Positions 54,740 through 64,000 of a DNA stretch of 64,000 nucleotides are shown in pieces. The position numbers and the translations under genes are program-made. The notes under the pieces were generated by a model that saw only the letters and a program-made list of their open reading frames with translations, was not told where the DNA came from and did no database searches. Each line of letters begins with the position of its first letter. Position 1 is the first letter of the stretch. The stretch covers positions 138,942,001 through 139,006,000 of the forward strand of contig NC_042999.1 in assembly GCF_006345805.1 (NCBI RefSeq), read 5' to 3'. This DNA is from Octopus sinensis. Taxonomy: Eukaryota.

Positions 54740-55529
54740 CAAAGTACTGTTGCTGAATATCTCTCGTTGTGAGATTTACAAATAGTAATTTTCTAATATT
54801 GTTACAATCATTATCATTGTCATTGCTTTTGAATCTGCTTTTTCTATGCTAGTCTATGTGTGTGTGTGTGTGTGTGTTCGCACATGTTCTTACACGTGTG
54901 CATGTATGTTTATGCATGCTTATTATAACTGAAATCTAAAACTTGGTGATTCTTCTACAAATGTTGATAATTGAACTGTTAACACAGAATGTATATTTGG
55001 TTTTCCCATAATCAGATGAGTGTCCTGATTTTGCAGAAATGATAAAGCACTAGATAAACATCTTGAAACTATAAACTCATTTCGATATTATTTGGTGTTC
55101 AAATCATTTATGTCTCTAGATTTAATAAACACCACTGTTATACACTACAAATGAGGACACACACACACAACCCTTAAAATAATAGTTCCTCATTTTTGAC
55201 CACACTGATCCATATTTGTAAACCATCTATGACCATTGTTTGTTAGATCACAGTATTTCTACTTTTCCTGATTTTTTTGTTAACTTTTAAGTGTTGTGGT
55301 TCTCATGTCTAACAATTTATCATATAATATATTCATGAAGAATTTACAGTTTGTCAAATATTTGAAAACTAAAAGATTTTGTATTTGTGGCTCTTTCAGA
55401 ATTATATTCTGGCCAAATTTGGATAATGACTCACATGCTGGGAAAATACTACTCAAAAAGAACAGATTGTTCCCAAACAAAAGAAGCTGATATTAGTGGA
55501 TAACATTTTGTGTTGTTTCAGAACTATAC

Positions 55530-55618
55530 CTTTCAGCATGTTTCCTCACGGAACCACCAATTTTGATCCAGCGATCCACAGCCAATGTGCCTGGCAACCT
55601 CTCAATATGAGGGACTTC
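55530..55618 (-). CDS. Galectin exon, start of the last CRD
   Basis: 89 nt encoding EVPHIERLPGTLAVDRWIKIGGSVRKHAE(R), with AG acceptor and GTATAG donor (phase 2). In frame with the neighbouring exons. Confidence 0.88.
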
Positions 55619-57808
55619 CTTTAATAAAAAGTAAAAATTAATAAAAAATAAAATTATACATATCTAAAACTAAAGGAGGAGAAAAGTTTAAAAACCTTGC
55701 AGTCGTTTGACAAAGAGTGATTGTTTTATCATTGGAATGCTTTCACGAATCATCATAAATGTTGATTTATATTTTTTTTGTATTTTGACAAAAAAGTATC
55801 TATCATATTCTTGGATAGAATATTATTAAACTAGATTGAAAGTTAAGGTTTCACAGATATTACATTAAGGACTTTTGTGGTGAATTGACAGCGTTATTAA
55901 GGCATCAGATAACCTTATGGCACTGTTCTGGCTCTCTGCTCTTCAAGTTCAAATCTCAAAGTTAACTTTTCCTTTCATCTTTTGGGGTTGGATAAATATA
56001 GTACCAGCCATGTACTGGATTGATATTTTTTTTCTCTTTCTGTCTGTCTGCCTTTCTAGGAGAAATCACTGTGTCCACATCTGGAGAAGAATAGGTTTCA
56101 CCAAACCTAAAAATGTCAAAGACACACTTTATGTCTTAATGGTGTGCCTGTATGACTCCACAAGGAGATGAGGGCCCAAGACAAGGCTAACAAATATCAT
56201 CAAATTAAAGAGGAAATTAATTTTCTTTTGCTTTTCCAAACAATATAACTAGAAAATAGTCAATTGTTGAGGTCCATCTTCAAGTTAATCCTAACTAAGC
56301 AGTCCTATATTGCACAAGTAGATGAGCAACTGGCTAGACACAATCCATAGATCTGTATTTCTAGTTATATCTGAAATTCTCATCTAAGGCTCTGCAACAT
56401 TCTAGGGAACTACAAAGACGAACTGGGGGTATTACAAACACTTCCCATTCTCAGTAAAAAGAAAACCCAAACATAACAGGAACAGAAAGTGGAAATCATA
56501 TATATATATAAATTAAATATTTATTTTGATTTTTGAGTTAAAGGAATTACAAGAATAAATGAACTCCCTTGAACTCCAACTTTTACACAATTTATTTGAC
56601 ATTTTGAGACTGTCAATGTTGTGGAAATGTTTGTTTATGTTTCAGACTGCAGTTCAGTCAAATTAATGGATTTATTTATTGTAACAAAGGAGATTAACTC
56701 AGTGAATGAAGGTGATGAAGTAGTATCAATCATGCCTAAAATCCTAGTAGTTCAAACAAAGAAACATCAAGGCAGGAAGATTAGGCAATATTTTGGTACT
56801 TATTTATTGCTTGATTTCATTTATTGTGAGGAAGAGAATTCACTCTCAAAGTATGTCATTTCTGGGGAGAAACTAAGTCATGAGGTAATGGTTCCAAGCA
56901 TGTTACAGTACCAATTTCAAATCATTTGCCAGGAAAATCATGACTATTTCCTTAAGCTTTCCTCTTAAAAAACAAGGGCTCTACTTTCACTAAAAACATC
57001 AGAAAAGTGGGTGGTAGCTAGCTTTATTGCTTCAGAATAGATTCTCAAGAAATTAAAGTCCACAACATGCAAGAAAAGATGATGTCACTTTCAAATGATA
57101 TAAAATGTGCGTTGAGAGATCAGCAGACATAAAATAATAATATTAATAATATTTATACTGTTATTTAATTGGATTTATTAACCTCTTCCAAGAGATTACA
57201 TACCCAACCGATTTTTGTTCCTCAAGGAACTTAAAATAATTACCCTTGATAAAGATATTTGTGAAATTGTAGGCTTGTACTTCATAGCCCATAGAATATC
57301 TTTGAATAACTGTATTGAAGTTTGTTCTTATGGTTCTCCCAATATGAATGATGTTTTCAAAGGTTTTGTAACACTAATAAATATGAACCTGACACATCTT
57401 TAAAATAAGAACTACATACTCAATAATAATACCTGTCATACATACAGAGATCTACTGATTTTGTGTATGCAATGACAACCCTGGTAAGGTTTGAACTTAT
57501 GAGAGTAAAGAGTTTCTATATGGTTACTGTCTGGAAGAAATAGCAGCCAAATCTACCACAAACATATATACTGCCCAGCTACAATCTATAAAAACCTTTA
57601 ATCTGCTGATAAAGAATGGCCCATTGAAATAATAGGGAATTGGATGCACTAGCATTATCTAAAAATAAAATACGATGGTTTTGGCTGGAATGTCTGAACG
57701 TAAATCAACTTAATCAGCAAAAATCTGGGCTAAGCAGCAAGAGTTGATAAGAACAACTGCTCCAACAATATGTAACCATTTATTTTCAAGAATATCTTCA
57801 GTTGTTTA

Positions 57809-58360
57809 TAGTGATTCTCAACTATTTTTTGCCTATGGACCCCTTTGATTTTTATTTTACTCATATGGGTCTGCATTATCATCATCATGATTGCTTAATG
57901 TTTGTCTTCCAAGCAGGCATGGGTGGGATGATTTGACAGGAGCAGGCCAGGCAGAAGCCTGCACCAGACTTCTGCAACTGTTCTGGCAGGATTTTTACAG
58001 CTGGATGCCCTTCCTAACACCAACCACTCAGCAGAGTGGACTTAGTGATTTTTACATGGGACAAGCACAGATGAGGTCAGTTTTGACAAGGTTTTTACAG
58101 TTGGATACCCTTCCAAACACCTACCACTTTACAATGTGGACTGGGTGCTTTTAAGTGGTACCTGCACTGACAAGGTCACCAAGTACTTGCAAGTCAAAAA
58201 GAAAAAAATGTTAAACAAAATATTATGAAGATTTATATAAAACAATGTTAAGGTATTTCTTGTATTGTAGAAGTATAACCAATTTATAGTACATAAACTT
58301 TAACAACCAAATCTTATATGGACCCCTAAGGGTCATGTGGACCTTGGTTGAGAACCACTA
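57809..58360. mobile_element. hAT MITE interrupted by a SINE, in a galectin intron
   Basis: TIRs tagtgattctcaac and gttgagaaccacta (13 of 14 match), subterminal tatggacccc at both ends, SINE at about 57874-58195 inside. Confidence 0.7.
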
Positions 58361-58485
58361 ATCTATGATAATGTACATAAGACAGCATTAAAAAGTATAT
58401 CCCTTTATTTCAATATCAATCCTAAGCCTGAAATCATTAGTTTATAGATTTACTCTGTTTCACTCATTTCCAATTTACTTTTTAA

Positions 58486-58706
58486 CCCTTTCGTTACCAA
58501 CCTGGCTGAAACCGGCTCTAGCTCTGAGTACAAATGTCTTGTTTTCATAAGTTTTGAATTAAAATCTTCCACCAAACCTTCGTCACAATTTATATTCCTA
58601 ACACTAGCTGAATGATATCTAAGTTATTTTACTAAATTCTATGTTATATTTAAGATTAATTGAAAGAAACACAGAGCATCTCAAAATAGATACAGTAACG
58701 AAAGGG
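58486..58706. mobile_element. piggyBac-type MITE
   Basis: TTAA on both sides (58482-58485 and 58707-58710) and perfect 12-bp TIRs ccctttcgttac / gtaacgaaaggg. A decayed relative follows at about 58880-59110. Confidence 0.8.
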
Positions 58707-59246
58707 TTAAACAATGTGTGCAACCATTTTTCTGTGATAGTGTTATAATTTCAAGTATTTCATTGATTCTGATATTAACCATTCAGCTGCAACTGGCACC
58801 ATAAATACGCTGAAATAAATTCATCATGGCATAAAAAGTGTAGCTTCTTTAGGTGAATGTTTAAGTGCTGTAGCACTTCTTTTAATCCTTTTGATGCCAG
58901 CAAGCTCAAGACTGTTACTTATTCTATCATTCAAAATAATGTATTAGTATTCTTTTGAAAAAAATAAAAACTTCCACCATCCATTTTTATAAAATCATTA
59001 AATTTCAAACACCAGCTTAACAATAGCAAATGTAGTTATTTTACTAAATCCCTCCAAATTCTTGGCAATTTCAGCATTGAATGAAACAGACACTGAATTT
59101 CGTTTGAAATGTCGACACAAAAGATTTATATGATAGCTTTCACTCTCTAGTTTCAAATTTTAATCTCACTGCGGGTGTACATCATAATTTACATATCGAA
59201 AAAGTGAGAGAAAGAAAGTAAATAAATATTAGCTGAAAGGTCTTAC

Positions 59247-59366
59247 CACACGACGAAGAAGTTGCATATTATAGATATATACTTCTCCAGTATAAGAAAT
59301 ACTGTTGATACTTTCAACTGGTTTTCGAGCATGGAATGATGCATATGACTTTTCATTTATATAAAT
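59247..59366 (-). CDS. Galectin exon, end of the penultimate CRD
   Basis: cttttgtAG acceptor, 120 nt encoding IYINEKSYASFHARKPVESINSISYTGEVYIYNMQLLRRV, GTAAGA donor (phase 0). Confidence 0.9.
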
Positions 59367-59644
59367 CTACAAAAGAGAGACAGGGAGTTAAGAATTATCT
59401 ATAAATATTATGACAGAAAGCATTTTGTTCAATACAAGAATATCTATTTCCTAGATAACTGCATAAAGTTATTGCAATTTAAAAATTTTTAGATAACACT
59501 TTCAATGTAGCAATCATCAACTTTATGACTGACATTTTTAAGATACAGAAAAATTTCTTCTTTAAACACAGTGCACTTGTCCCTTAAGCATTTGTATTAG
59601 AAAGGTTGTCTTTTTATGCTGTTAGCATAGTTGCACTAATTTCC

Positions 59645-59864
59645 CTGCCTGTCCCCTTGCACAGCAAGCTTGGCTGCCTGACCCTTTGCACAGGTAGCTT
59701 GGCTGCCTGACCCTTTGCACAGCTAGCTTGGCTGCCTGACCCTTTGCACAGCTAGCTTGGCTGCCTGACCCTTTGCACAGCTAGCTTGGCTGCCTGTCCC
59801 CTTGCACAGCTAGATTGGTTGCCTGTCTCCTTGCACAGCTAGCTTGACTGCTCGTCCCTTTGCA
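59645..59864. repeat. 29-bp minisatellite, about 7.5 copies, in a galectin intron
   Basis: Unit gctgcctgaccctttgcacagctagcttg repeated directly, with no spacers. Confidence 0.9.
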
Positions 59865-59986
59865 TAAAGTAAGGGAAATAAAGATATTCCCCATATATGT
59901 AAATATATATTTTAGTATTTTCTCAAAGTTTGGAAGTTTCTCTGCTTTGCTTTTTAATCACCCTGAGATCAAAGAAGAAGCCTTAC

Positions 59987-60179
59987 CTTTAGTTTGTCTT
60001 CTTTCACTCTAATCTTCATTTCAAAAGGAATACCCTCCAATAAACCAACAGGCAATGGATGTCGTTCTTCTTCGCCCCACTCCCCATCGGTATAAGAGTT
60101 CAAAACCATTTCACCCTGATCTCGTCTTGGATTGAGATGGAGAGGGACTTCATTACCACTTTTCAGATTAACCGCAAAC
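59987..60179 (-). CDS. Galectin exon, sugar-binding core of the penultimate CRD
   Basis: 193 nt between AG and GTAAGG, encoding (R)FAVNLKSGNEVPLHLNPRRDQGEMVLNSYTDGEWGEEERHPLPVGLLEGIPFEMKIRVKEDKLK. The H-x-N-P-R, V-x-N and W-x-x-E-x-R galactoside-binding motifs are intact. Confidence 0.95.
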
Positions 60180-60475
60180 CTATAAAATGTGTTGAAAAAA
60201 TAAAAAAAGATTTTGTTTATCCATTTGATAACAAGTTTATGCTTTATTTTTCATGTTTTATTATCCTGAGAGATAGACAATGTTCATAGTCCTTATTAAC
60301 ACTTCTTTACTTGATTAGAACATCTGTATAATTGGGTAAAATTAAATTTGAGTAGTTTTGTATCTATGATCACAGCAGGGATAAGAAAAGAAATTCTAGA
60401 AGGCAGCATAGTAAAGAGTTGAGGAATTCAAGATAGTAGTTAGTGGGAAAAGTATAAAGTTAGTGCCAATCATTA

Positions 60476-60814
60476 TGGCACTCTGTTGGTTATGGTGATG
60501 AGGGTTCCAGTTGCTCATGAAATTAACGTGCAAGTGGCTGAGCATTCCACAGACATGTGTACCCTATACGTAGTTTTTTGGGGAGATTCAGTATGACAAG
60601 GTTGGCCCTTTGAAATACAGGTACAACAGAAACAGAAAGAGTGAGAGAAAGTTGTGGTGAAAGAGTACAGCAGGGGTTGCCACCACCCGCTGCCAGAGCC
60701 TCATGGAGCTTTAGATGTTTTTGCTCAGTAAACACAACTCCCGGTCTGAGAATCGAAACTGTGATCCTACTACCACAAGTCAGCTGCCCTAACCACTGGG
60801 CCATTGCACCTCCA
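60476..60814 (-). mobile_element. SINE family C (CpG-depleted copy in a galectin intron)
   Basis: Colinear with 19095-19486, with most CG dinucleotides changed to TG or CA. Confidence 0.85.
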
Positions 60815-61463
60815 CTGAGCCAGTATGGTTTTGTTATAAGTATGGTTGATACATGACTTTCTCGTATCATTGGTGAACTTATTGCAAACAGAAATTAACC
60901 ATGGATTATTAACTATTCTCACCCTTGCTCATATATATCTATTTCTCATTTTATGTCTGCTCTCCGAGCTGGCATAGATTGAAAGAGTTGGACAGGAGAA
61001 AAGATATTTATTTTTCATTGACTAGTTCTGAAGAAAAAGAAGTGTCCCTCTGGCTCTTTACAGTTCTTGGATTCAAGGGCAAGAATAGCTGAATGTGATT
61101 TTAATGACTGAGGTTTACTTTCAACTGCTGAAGTTTAGTAATCTAAGAGAAAACATGGACAGAAAGGAAAATTTTCAGTGGGGTGGTATTTTCAGATATA
61201 CATGTTTTTCTACATAGTAATAACATACCAAAAGGTGTCAAAATGATAAAAATGGGGTATTCTGAATATCTGTTTTATATGAAATATATTTCATGTTTAA
61301 TTGATGGCACACCATGTTCAAAAGGAGGGAGTCCCACATTCAAAATCAGAATGCACTGCATTCAAAAGGGCAATACACATCATTTGAAAGGATAATGCAC
61401 AACTTTTGAAAAGACGGTGTACTGCATTCAAAAGAATGGTGCACCAGGTGAAAAATGATGGTT

Positions 61464-61725
61464 AATCATCTTCATCATCATTGTCATTTAACGTCCGCTT
61501 TCCATGCTAGCAAGGGTTGGATGATTTGACTGAGGACTGGCGAACCAGATGGCTGCACCAGATTCCAATCTGATCTGGCAGAGTTTCTACAGCTGGATGC
61601 CCTTCCTAATGCCAACCACTCTGAGAGTGTAGTGGGTGCTTTTACGTGCTACTGGCATGAGGGCCAGTCAGGTGGTACTGGCAGCGGCCACACTCAAATG
61701 GTGCTTTTTATGTGCCACCTGCACT
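61464..61725 (-). mobile_element. SINE-like family D 3' portion with a (GAT)n tail
   Basis: Shared block ctacagctggatgcccttcctaa.gccaaccac and ccatgct.gca.gggt.ggat. Other copies at about 48497-48800(-), 53474-53690(+) and 57874-58195(-). Confidence 0.75.
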
Positions 61726-61859
61726 TAACTATATTTATAAACAATGTTGAAAGACCTGGCAAATATATGTTAGCACAAAGTATAAATTAGTAGTAAGTCT
61801 CATTTTTATTCCCTAATATTAACTGTATCTGTTGAAATAAATGCAAAAATAGTTTTTAC

Positions 61860-61945
61860 CTATCTCCAGTTGTGAAAAATCCAGTCACCTTAATGATATC
61901 TTTGTATTGCAATCCAGATGGAATTTCTTTTGTGAAGTCCATTGG
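61860..61945 (-). CDS. Galectin exon, start of the penultimate CRD
   Basis: tttctgcAG acceptor, 86 nt encoding PMDFTKEIPSGLQYKDIIKVTGFFTTGD(R), GTAAAA donor (phase 2). Matches the galectin P.F...IP.GL.....I.V.G pattern. Confidence 0.88.
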
Positions 61946-62711
61946 CTGCAGAAACAAAAGAAAAAATATAGAGTAAAAGAGTAAAGAGAAAGTTTTAACA
62001 AAATTGCTTAAATTAACGACTTTAACAATAACCTATTAATGCAATGATGGAATCCGGCATGCAAGTGAACATCTGTTTTTATTAAAGTTTGATTATTTAA
62101 AATTCTCCCTGACAAAATACAATATACATTTATATATATATTAGAGAGAGAGAGAGAGAGAGAGATTTTAGAATTAGCTTCTTTGCTTGTTGCAAAATCA
62201 GCTGAATGTTGCTTATTTTTCTATATTATTACAAGCTAGGATGAATGACTGCCATGTCTGCTAGACATGGCAGTGGCAGTTGTTTCCCTTCCTCAGTACT
62301 GTGCCAAGGAAGATAAATACTCTGAAACCAGATTGGTCTTATTGATCCTGTCAAACTGCTTAGATGGTAGGCGTTTGCTTCCCTGCTCACATTATAATGG
62401 TTTTAGTAAATTTATACAGAAAAAGTAAGCATGCCACCATCCAGCATAAATAAAGTCAACTTTATTATGTGTATTTAAGCCATTATTTTTTCTGTAAAAT
62501 CCTATTCTGTCATCAAGTGAGTCAACTTCCAGTATGAATGTTCATTTTGAGGGTCTTTTTTTCAACAAAAAAAATTTCAAAAAATTTCTGGAAACAATCT
62601 ACTGATGCAATTTACACAAACACTAAAGTTTATTTTTATTTTTGAGAAAAAAGTGCATAAATTACATGGGATTTTACGGTAATAAAAACAAAAATAAAGT
62701 AAAATACTTAC

Positions 62712-62831
62712 AAGAGGTCTCATGTAATTGATAGAGGCAATACTAACACAACCGTGGATGTAGAGATACTTCATGGAATCTATGCTGCATCGATAAGGAA
62801 ACAGCGCAAAGTAGTTGTCATTCAGAAAGAT
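62712..62831 (-). CDS. Multi-CRD galectin, C-terminal exon of an upstream CRD (first exon visible in the window)
   Basis: ttctcttctAG acceptor, 120 nt encoding IFLNDNYFALFPYRCSIDSMKYLYIHGCVSIASINYMRPL, GTAAGT donor (phase 0). Same size, phase and pattern as exon 59247-59366. Confidence 0.85.
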
Positions 62832-64000
62832 CTAGAAGAGAAATAAATTTCTAGTTTTACTAATGACAATCATGGTTGGGGTGGGGATAGGAATGGGAAT
62901 TACACCACATGTTGCTCAAGAATTTGTGCAAGAATCTCCAGCTGAAGTTATTGAATAAGTCTCTAATTAGTTGATAGAAAGGGTATGTTTTAAGGTGAAA
63001 AAAAATAACCAACTGTTAAAAATGTTGGACTTCTGAGTTGATGGACTTCTGATCAGACAAAACTATGACTGAGGTGTTCCAAACATGGCTGTCACATTTT
63101 ATTTTTCAGGCATAGCTTATCTAGGATTATACTTTGTCCTTTTATTTGAAGATGCTAAGGTGGGATTTCATTGAAATTTGGTTGCTATTTCCAACAAGTT
63201 GAGCTATCATGTAGTCCCATGCATTGGCTTAAAACAAATTGTTCAATTTGTAAGAGGGCTAATTTCCTTAAAATTTTTTTATTTATTAAAATCTCAAATT
63301 TTGAAGTCCCTTGCTCTAGGGATAATACACTTGATGATCTAAGATCAAACCAATTGAAATGTAATATGGAAGTAAATACCAAATTAGAAAGAACATTAAT
63401 CTCTAAAGATGAATTTAATAAGTCTTATGAATTATAATCTTAACGGAGTGTCATCTATCATCTGATGGCATAACTTAGGAAGTATATTTTTGTAATCATG
63501 GATAACATCAGGTAATATAGCATACATACAGTAATTATAATTTAACTTTTATAAAATTTCTTGTGGTTAATACAAAACAATGCTAAACAATAGCAACAAC
63601 AGGAGATGGTCCTTGTCCAATTGGTCATCCTACTAGAAAATACAACCAGATTTTCCTCAAATCTCATTTTACTGTTTTAATTAGGAAAATACATATTGGA
63701 CAATGTAGTCCTGTTTATACAAAAAGACAAAATTATATTACATACATATATATGTGTGTGTGTGTGCATATGTGTGTATATCATGTATGCATACACACAC
63801 TATAATGAGTGCAACAGATGTTCATATACTCCTTATATTCATTATAAAGTAAATAATTATTTTCACCTGAGCTCCCCCAATGCTTGTTCACTTCAGCTAA
63901 TTGTTAAAAAGGCAGAAAAATCAAGTGGCTCAACCATCTAACAACACTGAACCCCAGTATTGTTATGTATCAATAAATGTTCCTCCAGTAAGAAATACAG

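Noticed and set aside
59645-59864. 29-bp repeats of CRISPR-like length
   Set aside because: The units are contiguous with no unique spacers, there are no cas genes, and the context is a eukaryotic intron. It is a minisatellite.
62832-64000. Expected 193-nt galectin core exon of the third CRD
   Set aside because: No HxNPR or WxxExR frame found by eye in this interval; it presumably lies beyond the window.

Overview
AT-rich, microsatellite-dense eukaryotic DNA. The SINE families and repeat landscape look like an octopus (coleoid cephalopod) genome; this is inferred from repeat appearance, not from a search. Two host genes can be supported, both on the minus strand: (1) the first coding exon of a PDZ-LIM/Zasp-like gene (1956-2054), which runs out of the left edge; (2) the last seven exons of a multi-CRD galectin (53081-62831) with at least three carbohydrate-recognition domains, entering from beyond the right edge, with an apparent 1-nt frameshift in the last exon. 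A candidate minus-strand promoter and first exon lies at about 46.07-46.24 kb. The rest is transposon debris: Tc1/mariner (DD41D-, DD37D- and DD34D-like), hAT and piggyBac MITEs, Tx1/L1, R4/Dong, Hero-like, CR1 and RTE LINE fragments, four SINE families, foldback cassettes and simple repeats. Nearly all ORFs in the supplied track are microsatellite translations. I found no clearly new enzymatic system. The best leads are the galectin architecture and frameshift, a Tx1 LINE/SINE pair with shared 3' tails sitting in microsatellites, recurring hairpin-plus-tail cassettes (possibly Penelope-like), and a CpG-decay boundary near 46-47 kb.
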